Below are positions 46,833-55,985 of a DNA stretch of 64,000 nucleotides, piece after piece. The stretch lies in the IMG/VR virus record IMGVR_UViG_3300029448_007456, positions 50,779-114,778 of that record, one strand, 5' to 3'. Below the pieces are notes generated by a model. It was not told the DNA's origin. It saw nothing but the letters and a program-made list of their open reading frames with translations, and made no database searches. This DNA comes from a virus. The number at the start of each line of letters is the position of its first letter. Positions within the stretch are counted from its first letter, which is position 1. The position numbers and the translations under genes are program-made.

Positions 46833-47893
46833 AAACACTCACAGGCATTGACATAGACTCGTTGGATGAACGACAACTCATTCTGATCAACCAAAGGCTG
46901 CCAAAGCCTTGTGAACACATTATAGGTGATGTCAAATGCCTACCTGTCACACTAAGATTAGGATGTAGAATCGAAGTGAGCAATCATCAGGACCTTCATG
47001 GAGGCAGATGCAGAGTTCTTTACATCGAGAACAAAAAAATAGGTTTTGGATTTGATGCCACTAGAGATTTTCTATATGCAGACTATCACAAAGACTTTGA
47101 AATAGTGTATGGTGACGCTTGGTTGACTCCTCCACAATCTGGCCACGTCAATACTCTGTTGACTTGGTCGTTCTATCACACACAATGGTTGGATTCTGTG
47201 CCTTCTATTGCAGAACGCAGGGGTTGGTGTTGCACCATGACACGAGCAGATCGCCACAGGCACAAGATATTGGATGTCATAGCAGACAAACACATGACAG
47301 GATTCACAGGCTCAGAATGGTTTTGTTATGATGAGGCCACTCATCAAGGCCATCACAGACCTGAACTGTATCCTTTTATGTTCAGACAGCCTGCAGGCAT
47401 TGATCACACAAGTCTGACCAGAGATGAAAGGCAGAGATTTAGACACTACAAAAGGTTGTCAAACTATAATCCACACCCTTTTCACAATCATGGCCATAGT
47501 TTGGCTGAATGGCATCTGACCAATCTGGTTGAACTGTGCCCCACCGCCAACTTGGAATATTTTGAATTTGACGAAAAGATTGCCAAACCAATCGCCGCAG
47601 GTATGGCCTTTGTGGTGGTGGCCGCACAGAACACTCTGGCAAGACTTAGAAGGATTGGTTTTAGAACCTTTAATCCTTTGATTGATGAATCATATGATCA
47701 AGAACCTGATTGGCAAAGCCGCACAGAGAAGGCAGTGGATGCGATGTTTGAATTTGTCAGCGGAGCACACGATCATCAACAATTACAAGAAATCTGTGAT
47801 CACAACAGATCAGTGATGGCTAGACTGCAACGATACACCTATGAAGACCGAGTGGCCAAAAGACTTAGACCACTTATATCTTGGCCTTCATAG
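46829..47893 (+). CDS. glycosyltransferase-like phage protein, paralog 3 of 3
   Basis: DEKIAKPIAAGMAF..LRRIGFRTFNPLIDESYD. Confidence 0.65.
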   Translation: MKTLTGIDIDSLDERQLILINQRLPKPCEHIIGDVKCLPVTLRLGCRIEVSNHQDLHGGRCRVLYIENKKIGFGFDATRDFLYADYHKDFEIVYGDAWLTPPQSGHVNTLLTWSFYHTQWLDSVPSIAERRGWCCTMTRADRHRHKILDVIADKHMTGFTGSEWFCYDEATHQGHHRPELYPFMFRQPAGIDHTSLTRDERQRFRHYKRLSNYNPHPFHNHGHSLAEWHLTNLVELCPTANLEYFEFDEKIAKPIAAGMAFVVVAAQNTLARLRRIGFRTFNPLIDESYDQEPDWQSRTEKAVDAMFEFVSGAHDHQQLQEICDHNRSVMARLQRYTYEDRVAKRLRPLISWPS

Positions 47894-47911
47894 ACAGCGA
47901 TAATTACTTGT

Positions 47912-48007
47912 ATGACCTTACCTTTTGTTCAATCTTGTATAGATTGTGGTGCCATTGTGTCAGATTCTGACATCTGTCCTCAGTGTGGTCAAATCATGCC
48001 TAAATAA
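47912..48007 (+). CDS. 31-aa zinc-ribbon peptide (not in ORF track)
   Basis: MTLPFVQSCIDCGAIVSDSDICPQCGQIMPK, two CxxC motifs. Confidence 0.55.
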   Translation: MTLPFVQSCIDCGAIVSDSDICPQCGQIMPK

Positions 48008-48011
48008 CACG

Positions 48012-49418
48012 ATGACCATATGGCTTCTACAACTGCCCAGATTAGATGACACCTTCTCATGGGGTCTCAAAGAAATCGAACACATCCTCACAGAATTGAA
48101 TCAACCAGTCAAGGTGTTGGATATCAATCATGCCATCACCAAACGATTCCATGACACAGAACATTGGAACATCATAGAGGATTATGGCATTTTAGGCAAG
48201 TCATTACTGCCAATCGAAGATGTGAGATCCTCTGTTGCTGAAGTGATTGATGTGATTGCACCAGAGGACATTGTGTTGTCTTGTGTGTTCACGGTTGAAA
48301 GCAGAGCCTGGTTAACTTTGGTACACTCAATGCTGAGACTCAGGCACGGCAAGGAGGTGTTGTTAGGCGCAGGAGGACAAGGTGTGAGAGCACCTGGAGA
48401 AGAAGGCAATCAGAGTGAATGGGCAGACTGGACCTTGGCCATAGGCTTAAGTGACGTGATGTTCCTAGGCGAAACAGTCAAAACCATGGCAGATTGGGTT
48501 TCTAGTGGATTTTCACAGCGTGGCAAACAATATTTCGCACACGATGCCTTTCCTCATCTTGGATTTTTGCCACCACAATCACTGCAAGATGATCTAGACA
48601 GAAAAATTAATATACCTAATTATTATCACTATGATTATCGTCATGAAGGACAACGTGGTATCAAGATACATTTCACTCAAGGTTGTGTCAAACAATGCAC
48701 CTTCTGTGATGTTTGGCACACTTGGCCAAAATTTGTGATGCGAGAACCACTTGATGTGATCAAAGAGATCAACCATTACGACAAGAATGGTCAGGTCAGT
48801 CACATATCTTTTCCAGACAACACCATCAATGCAAGTAATTCTAAATTCATTGAACTGTTAGAAAGATTTTATGACTGGAAGGATCAACACAATCGCCATG
48901 ACATCACTTGGAGTTCACAGTTTGCAGTCAAACCTATCAATCAATTTGGAGATAAGATGTTTGAGTTGATTGCCGCCACCAAAGGACACCTGTCAGTTGG
49001 TTTTGATCACGTGAGCGACTCTGTGTTGACACACATGAAAAAATTGTATGGATGGCAAGACATCACAAGTTTTATTGAAAGATGCAATCAACATCAAAGC
49101 ATCATCTCAGTGGCTGTTTGGTTGGTAGGTTATCCCACTGAAACTGATCAAGACTTTGATCAATATCGCAAGTTGATTCCTTTGCTTCAACGCAAAAATA
49201 CCATTCTATCACATAACGTATCCATCACAGGCATCAATAGAAATTCTCCTTTGGAACGTATAGTCACAGTTGATCATTCTCGTCCAATGGATTGGCACAA
49301 TGCTTTGGTCAACAAACAAACCAGACAACAGAGAAAACACATCCTGGACAAGATGTTGTTGGAACACAATGCAAGTTATATGATGTATAGATCAACCTTG
49401 AAGAGAGCAGAAGCGTGA
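48012..49418 (+). CDS. radical SAM protein (B12-binding-like N-domain)
   Basis: TQGCVKQCTFC, VGYPTET; start MTIWLL 5 nt after TAAATA. Confidence 0.8.
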   Translation: MTIWLLQLPRLDDTFSWGLKEIEHILTELNQPVKVLDINHAITKRFHDTEHWNIIEDYGILGKSLLPIEDVRSSVAEVIDVIAPEDIVLSCVFTVESRAWLTLVHSMLRLRHGKEVLLGAGGQGVRAPGEEGNQSEWADWTLAIGLSDVMFLGETVKTMADWVSSGFSQRGKQYFAHDAFPHLGFLPPQSLQDDLDRKINIPNYYHYDYRHEGQRGIKIHFTQGCVKQCTFCDVWHTWPKFVMREPLDVIKEINHYDKNGQVSHISFPDNTINASNSKFIELLERFYDWKDQHNRHDITWSSQFAVKPINQFGDKMFELIAATKGHLSVGFDHVSDSVLTHMKKLYGWQDITSFIERCNQHQSIISVAVWLVGYPTETDQDFDQYRKLIPLLQRKNTILSHNVSITGINRNSPLERIVTVDHSRPMDWHNALVNKQTRQQRKHILDKMLLEHNASYMMYRSTLKRAEA

Positions 49419-49825
49419 TCACATCTGGCGAGTTTGTGGTGCACATTGATTATGATTTGTCTCCCATTGTGATGATATCTGCAGACAAAAAAATTCTCAT
49501 CAACAAAACATTGCCTGACCAAGGAAGCATCACTGTGACCATACCAAATCAAACCAGCCTTGTGAGAATGTTCATACAAGGCAAACTCAATGACACCATT
49601 GTCAAGGATGGTGTGATTGTGAGAGATCAAATGATCAAGATCGTTGGTGCAGAACACCAAGGCATTCAGTTTGATGAACCGCACTTTCTCAATCTTGTCA
49701 AACCACGTCTGCATCATCAAGACACAGTGATGCCCTCTGTGTATCTTGGTTATAATTTTCCTTCGTATCTTGAATTCAAACCTCGTGCTTTGGCTGACGC
49801 ATTAATTGACTCCACTGTTGGTTGA
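49415..49825 (+). CDS. hypothetical partner of radical SAM; paralog of 550..1119
   Basis: GTGA coupling; NDTIVKDGVIVRDQMIKI motif. Confidence 0.6.
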   Translation: MITSGEFVVHIDYDLSPIVMISADKKILINKTLPDQGSITVTIPNQTSLVRMFIQGKLNDTIVKDGVIVRDQMIKIVGAEHQGIQFDEPHFLNLVKPRLHHQDTVMPSVYLGYNFPSYLEFKPRALADALIDSTVG

Positions 49826-49855
49826 CACAATACCAACTGGCTTTACAATAGGAGT

Positions 49856-50083
49856 ATGAAAGTTGACAAACAAACACTTCGCCACTTCAAAGTCTTTCTG
49901 GAGCAACAGAAATCAGTGATGGAAAGTGCTATGGATGGTGACGAACTCAATACCAATACAAGTTATTATGGTTGGTATGAGGCCACTAATCATTACATCA
50001 AAGTCATTGAAAAATCTGAAAAAAACCCCAATTATTCGTTCTTTTACGGGGACTTGACAGATTGGAAAAAGGAATTATTATAA
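49856..50083 (+). CDS. early hypothetical protein, leaderless
   Basis: TTGACA(49822)-N16-TACAAT-6 nt-ATG. Confidence 0.65.
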   Translation: MKVDKQTLRHFKVFLEQQKSVMESAMDGDELNTNTSYYGWYEATNHYIKVIEKSEKNPNYSFFYGDLTDWKKELL

Positions 50084-50111
50084 TATTAATTAATCGACAA
50101 GGAGGTCGCAA

Positions 50112-50321
50112 ATGGGAGAAGTAAAATCCTGGGCAATGGATCAAGAAGATGAATTCTATGAAATTGCTATTAGAGAATCAAACAATCACATAGACTATCA
50201 GACATTTGAAACACACATGGTTGAGACCTATGGTGATATGATTATTAGTGCCCCAGAAGAAGTCTTACAGAATCTTGGCATGATATATGGAGAGCATACA
50301 CAGGAGGTGGGTCATGCCTAA
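50112..50321 (+). CDS. early acidic protein
   Basis: Promoter TTGACA(50054)-N16-TATTAT; GGAGGTCG RBS. Confidence 0.7.
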   Translation: MGEVKSWAMDQEDEFYEIAIRESNNHIDYQTFETHMVETYGDMIISAPEEVLQNLGMIYGEHTQEVGHA

Positions 50322-50958
50322 TTGGTGTTCCAACACAGTTGAATTCATAGGCAGTCCTTCAAAAATTGAAAAGATTAGAAAGGCTGTAGAAGAAGATGGT
50401 TTGTTTCAGTCTTTGGTTCCTATGCCTGATGCATTAAAAGACTCGGTATCTGGTTCTGAATCGGCTAAGCCTGATTGGCAGAAGGAAAATTCTGCTCAAC
50501 TAATAAAGGAACATGGTGCAGACAATTGGTATGATTGGAATATAAAAAACTGGGGGACCAAGTGGGATGCCACAGAACCTTGTATTGATGACATATCCAT
50601 TGATTGGCTAAATCCGAAATTATCCAGCATCCAAGTTAGTTTTGAAACTGCATGGTCACCGCCAACTAGATTCTATGATGCATTGTTAGATCAGATGACT
50701 GCAAAAGGCAAGGACTTTTCAATCTATGCCACATACTATGAACCAGGTGTTGACTTCATGGGGGTGTGGTCAGATGGTGACGATAGAACTTATAGTGTTG
50801 AAGAGCAAGAGGATGAGTTCTTCACAGATCACGAAGATGGCGAAAGCATTAATGCTCATTATAGTATACTTGAACAAAGGATTACGGACCGTGAAAACGA
50901 ACTTGAAGAAGTTCAAGAATGGTATGAAGATGGTAAGAAGGAGTTGAATCTTGCTTAA
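50314..50958 (+). CDS. DUF1281/YubB ferredoxin-like family protein
   Basis: MPNWCSN, WYDWNIKNWGTKWD, FETAWSPP, YYEPG. Confidence 0.8.
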   Translation: MPNWCSNTVEFIGSPSKIEKIRKAVEEDGLFQSLVPMPDALKDSVSGSESAKPDWQKENSAQLIKEHGADNWYDWNIKNWGTKWDATEPCIDDISIDWLNPKLSSIQVSFETAWSPPTRFYDALLDQMTAKGKDFSIYATYYEPGVDFMGVWSDGDDRTYSVEEQEDEFFTDHEDGESINAHYSILEQRITDRENELEEVQEWYEDGKKELNLA

Positions 50959-51115
50959 CCTACTAGAAGTTTTGAAAGCAGATCTTAAGATATTAAAGTC
51001 TGCTATCAAGAATCCAGATGCTCCTCACTCCACCGATGAGCAGATCAATAGGATGATTAAGATGGTGGATCAAATGATAAAGGAGGCTAAGAATGGCAAT
51101 AAACGGAAAAGTTGA
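50951..51115 (+). CDS. 54-aa protein (TTG start, not in ORF track)
   Basis: AAGGAG RBS; fills gap and overlaps both neighbours. Confidence 0.5.
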   Translation: MLNLLEVLKADLKILKSAIKNPDAPHSTDEQINRMIKMVDQMIKEAKNGNKRKS

Positions 51116-51356
51116 TACATTGAAGTTTTGGTTCTTACCAAGAAAATGTAGAACACTATTAGAGCAACACAAGGCACACCCATTAGAAAAGGCAGTGGCC
51201 AAACAGATCCCAATCAGTGGCAATGAAGAAACCATTGAACAGTTGGTGCAGATGTTGAAACTGAAAAGGCGTTTCAGAGGTCCTAGAACACAACTGACAT
51301 TCATGAGAGATTGTGTCAAGGCAGATGCTGAACGTGTTTCTCTTTATAACAAATAG
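51093..51356 (+). CDS. early hypothetical protein
   Basis: AGGAGG RBS; RRFRGPR..DCVKADAERVSLY. Confidence 0.65.
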   Translation: MAINGKVDTLKFWFLPRKCRTLLEQHKAHPLEKAVAKQIPISGNEETIEQLVQMLKLKRRFRGPRTQLTFMRDCVKADAERVSLYNK

Positions 51357-51541
51357 TGGCAAAGTCAAAAACACATTACAAAGATCCTAACAGACGATCC
51401 AATTGGTTCAAAGGGGAGCAGGTGCCTACAAGGCGTCTTCCCCAGGAACGAGCCAAACGGTTTGATGAACTAATAGAATCTGGCCTATCTGAAGCAGAAG
51501 CATTGGCTAGAGCATTGGAAATTATCCCAAAACATCGCTAA
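51356..51541 (+). CDS. early hypothetical protein
   Basis: Start overlaps upstream stop. Confidence 0.55.
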   Translation: MAKSKTHYKDPNRRSNWFKGEQVPTRRLPQERAKRFDELIESGLSEAEALARALEIIPKHR

Positions 51542-51562
51542 AATCAACAGTTCTCGTGGTGG

Positions 51563-51590
51563 TTGACAGATTACCATATGGTAATACTAT
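51563..51590 (+). promoter_or_regulatory. early promoter containing a perfect 16-bp palindrome
   Basis: TTGACA, G, ATTACCATATGGTAAT (51570-51585), TACTAT. Confidence 0.85.
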
Positions 51591-51596
51591 AATAGT

Positions 51597-51983
51597 ATGA
51601 CAACAACAAACACATTCATCAAAGAGAACTTTTCTTACTCAGGTGGATATTTGACATATGATGATGGAGTTGATAGACATTTTATCGCTCGTTTCAAGTA
51701 TGTTCCTAAATCATCTGCCACAAAGTTTATGAACTTTTTGATCAAAAACTTCACTTGTGAAGAATACTTGGAGAGAGCCAATCAAGAGGCTCCGCTCACA
51801 ATATTGGAGAGCAAAGGTTATTGCTCTCCTGAAATGGCCAGATTGGCTCGTAGATGGGGATATGCTCCTACTCTTGCAAATGCTCATCAGGCTCTGATTG
51901 ATCAAACCAATCAGGATTTGGTTGGAATGGGTAAAGATCCAATAACACCACAGCAGGCGGAGGAATTTTTACAGTCTGCCTAG
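51597..51983 (+). CDS. conserved early phage protein, leaderless
   Basis: FIARFKY..FLIKNFTCEEY..APLTILESKGY. Confidence 0.7.
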   Translation: MTTTNTFIKENFSYSGGYLTYDDGVDRHFIARFKYVPKSSATKFMNFLIKNFTCEEYLERANQEAPLTILESKGYCSPEMARLARRWGYAPTLANAHQALIDQTNQDLVGMGKDPITPQQAEEFLQSA

Positions 51984-52043
51984 TTGACAGATTGTAGATT
52001 GGTAATATTATAATAATAAGACAACAACAAGGAGGTCGTTGAT

Positions 52044-52343
52044 ATGGGATTTGAAAGAAGAGCAAACATTACAATAAAAGAAGAGTTCATCGAACATTTT
52101 GGCTTTGATTGCACTCCAAGACTAGAATGGACAAACGGATGTCTGTTCGCAGATACTTCTAGCAAAGAAGAAGTTCAATTGATTAAAGAAACACTCGAGT
52201 GGTATTCCGGTGGCTACAAGGTGATTGTATCTTGTTTGAAGGCCACAGACACTGAACCATGGGATCAGTATGCATTTGACATCACTGACGAAAAGTTTGA
52301 AAGCACATGGTCAGAATTTTCAGAGGAAGGATTATTAGCATGA
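52044..52343 (+). CDS. early hypothetical protein
   Basis: Promoter TTGACA(51984)-N16-TATTAT; GGAGGTCG RBS. Confidence 0.7.
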   Translation: MGFERRANITIKEEFIEHFGFDCTPRLEWTNGCLFADTSSKEEVQLIKETLEWYSGGYKVIVSCLKATDTEPWDQYAFDITDEKFESTWSEFSEEGLLA

Positions 52344-52519
52344 TTAAACAGATAGTTGGCATCAACGAAAACTTCAGCAAAAGGGATCAAGAATATGTCT
52401 CTGAACTGATATGGGAAACTGTCCAAGAACAGGACGCATTCAAAGACTCAAAGGGCATCACAGGTATTTCATATACCATAACAGTGGATGTCCAAGAAGA
52501 GGAGGAAGACCATGCTTAG
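52340..52519 (+). CDS. early acidic protein
   Basis: ATGA coupling. Confidence 0.6.
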   Translation: MIKQIVGINENFSKRDQEYVSELIWETVQEQDAFKDSKGITGISYTITVDVQEEEEDHA

Positions 52520-52877
52520 ATGGGACAACAGAGAGCGTCAATACCATGCACCCTTTGACATCATCATTCAAACAATACCAGAGGAAGTCCGCATCAGAGA
52601 CATGTTTGATGATTCCATCAATCCAGACACAGGCAAATCATACTATGATGTTGACTACATGGAACAACAGGTTGAGAATGGTTCAGCAGAATGGTCAGTG
52701 GTTAATGTTCAGTGTATGCTGAATGGCGTTGAATTAGGGTCATTTGCCATAGGGGGTGCTTATCTGGATGAACACTATGATTTGATGTCATTTGTTTACG
52801 ACAATGGCATGATTGACGAAGCGAAGAATGATGCTAAAATATGGTTAGACAACACAAAGGAGGTCGTGTATGCTTAA
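52512..52877 (+). CDS. early hypothetical protein
   Basis: GGAGG RBS; start MLRWDN. Confidence 0.65.
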   Translation: MLRWDNRERQYHAPFDIIIQTIPEEVRIRDMFDDSINPDTGKSYYDVDYMEQQVENGSAEWSVVNVQCMLNGVELGSFAIGGAYLDEHYDLMSFVYDNGMIDEAKNDAKIWLDNTKEVVYA

Positions 52878-53028
52878 AGAACATGAAGAATATGTGGATC
52901 CAGGAGAAGGATACTCATCAGAAAACAAATGGAAAGTGGCCTATCAGATACTGATGGACTATTTTGAAGACTTGCCTGAACAGACTCAACAGGAAGCAGA
53001 TGAAAGATTGAAGGCGGTGGATTTATGA
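52870..53028 (+). CDS. 52-aa acidic protein (not in ORF track)
   Basis: GGAGGTCG RBS; MLKEHEEYVDPGEG..AYQILMDYFEDLPE.. Confidence 0.7.
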   Translation: MLKEHEEYVDPGEGYSSENKWKVAYQILMDYFEDLPEQTQQEADERLKAVDL

Positions 53029-53270
53029 GTGATATCATTACATCAGACGGTCTGACTCGTCAACAACTCATCGATCGTTTGGTTGCAGACGATGTAAGGC
53101 TGATGATGAAAGGTGCTGGAGCAAATGACTTTGGATTTGTGGCACACAGATTTGAACATGGCTTCAAAGGTTATGACAATATGTCTGATGGTGAATTAGC
53201 CTTGGAATGGCGTGAGATCAGTGAATATTGGAATGACACAGAACAGGAGAGAATGTATGATGTGGCTTAA
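53025..53270 (+). CDS. early hypothetical protein
   Basis: ATGA coupling; GFKGYDNMSDGEL. Confidence 0.65.
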   Translation: MSDIITSDGLTRQQLIDRLVADDVRLMMKGAGANDFGFVAHRFEHGFKGYDNMSDGELALEWREISEYWNDTEQERMYDVA

Positions 53271-53475
53271 AGGAGACAGAGTTAAGACTATCACAGAACC
53301 ATACATCACAGGCATTGTGGTTGAAGATCTTGGCAACAAGGTTGTGATTGAAGATGATCACGCAGAAACTGATGATTGCAGACTAGAGTTTCACAAAAGT
53401 GATTTGGAAGTATTCAAAGGTGGCCAGTATCATCCAGTAGATGGCAACACATGGAAAGAGATCATAGGTTATTAA
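53257..53475 (+). CDS. early hypothetical protein
   Basis: AGGAG RBS; KGDRVK..GIVVED. Confidence 0.6.
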   Translation: MMWLKGDRVKTITEPYITGIVVEDLGNKVVIEDDHAETDDCRLEFHKSDLEVFKGGQYHPVDGNTWKEIIGY

Positions 53476-53530
53476 ACGTGAGACTTGTGAACTTGGTGTT
53501 TGGGGCACACAAAATTGGCAACTCGATCCT

Positions 53531-53899
53531 ATGGCTTCTTGGCTATGGAACCGCCAAGGTACGCCATGGTGGGAAACAAAATATATGGGGCATTTTGGAC
53601 AAGTGAAAGATCCTAAACATTCAGAATTGATGGAGTTAAGATCATCTGCATCAATCAAAACATCAGCAGAATATGGAGGCATAACCTTCCAGCATCAAGA
53701 TGGTGAAATAGAAGAATACGATGGGTGGCAAGTCAGATTAAATGGCTACAAGTTTCCTAGGCCAAGATATGACTTTCATTCTGAAACATGGGATTGGAAA
53801 GCAAGATATGAAACACCTAATACTCCTGAAGGCAAACAAGAGGCCATTGACCTTGCTGTGCGTCAAAGTGGGCATTGGTGGGGAGAAATGTTGAGATGA
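53531..53899 (+). CDS. early hypothetical protein (start uncertain, possibly GTG 53603)
   Basis: Ends overlapping next ATG. Confidence 0.5.
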   Translation: MASWLWNRQGTPWWETKYMGHFGQVKDPKHSELMELRSSASIKTSAEYGGITFQHQDGEIEEYDGWQVRLNGYKFPRPRYDFHSETWDWKARYETPNTPEGKQEAIDLAVRQSGHWWGEMLR

Positions 53900-55056
53900 C
53901 AGAAGAGAACAAACAGGTTGAGGAATTAAGTTATCCTTTCAATCCAAAACTGCGAGACAGAGAGGACTCAAAATTAGAAATTTTGAATCCATTGCAGAAT
54001 ACAAAAAAGAAACTGGTGCCATTAGCAGATAGAGTTAAACAATTGAGAAGGTCTAACCTATGGAAGGCCCAAATGAGAAATTGGAAAGATAATAACAAGT
54101 TTATGAATGTGGACTTACTCCCTAAGATTAAAAAGTTTAGATTAGGTGACACTATGATTGATGAGGACATACAAAGACTCTTAGTGACTGAGGCTTGTTC
54201 AAATAGAATATGTCATTATCAGAAGTTTGGTGAATATTACATACAAACACCTTATGTTCAAGTGATGTCAGATGGAACAATTAAGAATATTAATGGTCAA
54301 CATACCACAACGGTTGTGGCTACTTTAATAGAAGAAGGACGAGTAAAAGGATATACAGGTGCTTGGCAAGACTTTGAATTGGAAATGGCTTATATAGAAA
54401 CAGACAATGATGCCATTGCTAGAAGAGCCTTTAATCTTTGGAATGGTGCAGGGCAAGAAAAACAGACACCATTTAATATTTTGAGAGGTAAAGTTCTTTC
54501 AGTAAGAGTTGATGGAGATAGAACTTTTGAAGACGAAGTTGAAGCAGAAGAAAGACTTTCGGCTGTTGAAGAAAATTTAAGTTTTCCTGTTCCAGCAGAA
54601 AATTCATTGGCTCATCTTCCTGGGGCTTTCACTAACTTTGGAACATACAATTTAATGGATAAGACGGCAGTGGCAGAGGCATCTAGATGGCACAATGAAT
54701 ATTTCCATCATAAGACAATCCATGTATCTTTGTGGTTCATATTTAAAGACTTTGGTGATGCAGAAGGATTCAGTTATGACAACAAATTTTTGAAAGAGAT
54801 TGCAGGGTTGGTTAAAACTTATTTTGATGATTTAAGTGAATTTGCTTTATCTTACAAGAATGTCTATCAAAAATATTATTTAGATATCAACAATGTAAAG
54901 GTGAAGACTGCTCCGGACAAAGGATATGCCTGTGCCTTATTGCAATTATACAAGGCAAACGGTGGTAAACAGAAATTGCCTGCAGAAATATTGAATAGAT
55001 ACCCAGACCTTGTTGACTATTGGGATGATAGTTATAAGCAGGGTGGCGATGAATAA
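53896..55056 (+). CDS. hypothetical protein with ParB/DGQHR-like motif
   Basis: EDIQR..INGQHT..ARRAFNLWNG. Confidence 0.55.
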   Translation: MTEENKQVEELSYPFNPKLRDREDSKLEILNPLQNTKKKLVPLADRVKQLRRSNLWKAQMRNWKDNNKFMNVDLLPKIKKFRLGDTMIDEDIQRLLVTEACSNRICHYQKFGEYYIQTPYVQVMSDGTIKNINGQHTTTVVATLIEEGRVKGYTGAWQDFELEMAYIETDNDAIARRAFNLWNGAGQEKQTPFNILRGKVLSVRVDGDRTFEDEVEAEERLSAVEENLSFPVPAENSLAHLPGAFTNFGTYNLMDKTAVAEASRWHNEYFHHKTIHVSLWFIFKDFGDAEGFSYDNKFLKEIAGLVKTYFDDLSEFALSYKNVYQKYYLDINNVKVKTAPDKGYACALLQLYKANGGKQKLPAEILNRYPDLVDYWDDSYKQGGDE

Positions 55057-55438
55057 AAATTATAACCTATATACCATAATCAATAGGATAGGTAGGCCTG
55101 GGTTTGGCATAGCCACAGACCTAGATGGTAGACAATGGCACTATATTGATCACTCCGGTGATTGGATGTATATGCCTATAACCTGGAGCGGCAATGAACA
55201 TCATATTAGATCGTTGGAGAAGGATTGCAAAAGACAATTTTTTGATGTTCGATGGAAACCACACGAAGCAAAGAAAAAGAGAGAATGGCTAGACGACAAT
55301 TACCTAGGTCCTAAAGGAACAGAGTTTGATCAGACAGGAGTAAAGACTATCATTGATTATATCAAATCAGAAATTGAAAAAAGTGATTTAGATATCCAAA
55401 TACTTCATGAAAATTATAAAGTCCACGAAATATATTAA
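55049..55438 (+). CDS. hypothetical protein, GIY-YIG-like
   Basis: LYTI..GFGIATDLDGR..Y..LE..REW; overlaps upstream gene. Confidence 0.5.
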   Translation: MNKNYNLYTIINRIGRPGFGIATDLDGRQWHYIDHSGDWMYMPITWSGNEHHIRSLEKDCKRQFFDVRWKPHEAKKKREWLDDNYLGPKGTEFDQTGVKTIIDYIKSEIEKSDLDIQILHENYKVHEIY

Positions 55439-55534
55439 TAAAAAGTCATATTTTATGCGACTTTTTAGTAGGTTGACACATTACCATCAGAATATATTAT
55501 AATATTAACAACAAAAACAACAAGGAGGTCGTTT

Positions 55535-55921
55535 ATGTTAGATACTTTAGAAAAGAACAAAGAATTACTTCAGTTTAATGCTGGAGGCGTTGAACCAGGT
55601 AGAATATGGATCGAGGCTAGTGAGGCTGGCAAGAAAGCGGTGCATGATTACCTCGCTGAACATGAAGAGCCAATGTATTGTGGTTTTGCCAATGTTAAGA
55701 TTCGTCCTGCAAAAGGATCATTTGTGAAATGGTTGAAAGAAAGAAAAATTGGTGACAAAGGTTGGAATGGTGGATACTCCATATCCTACTATGACTTCAT
55801 GGGTGATGTCCGTGAGTCTTTCACACAGTCAATGGACTTGAAAGAAATGGGTTGTGATGCATTTGTGGCCGTGTTGAGAAAGTATGGCATGGATGCTTAC
55901 ATGGAAAGTAGGGCAGACTAG
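55535..55921 (+). CDS. conserved early phage protein
   Basis: Promoter TTGACA(55473)-N16-TATTAT; GGAGGTCG RBS; CGFANVKI..TQSMDLKE..SRAD. Confidence 0.75.
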   Translation: MLDTLEKNKELLQFNAGGVEPGRIWIEASEAGKKAVHDYLAEHEEPMYCGFANVKIRPAKGSFVKWLKERKIGDKGWNGGYSISYYDFMGDVRESFTQSMDLKEMGCDAFVAVLRKYGMDAYMESRAD

Positions 55922-55985
55922 TTGACAGATTGTTGATTGGTTTTATAATAGTATTAAGAAAACATTTTACACAAGGAGGTCGTAA

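Noticed and set aside
55933-55940. TTGATTGG complementary to the sRNA's CCAATCAA segment
   Set aside because: Lies in a promoter spacer upstream of +1 and is better explained as an operator half-site
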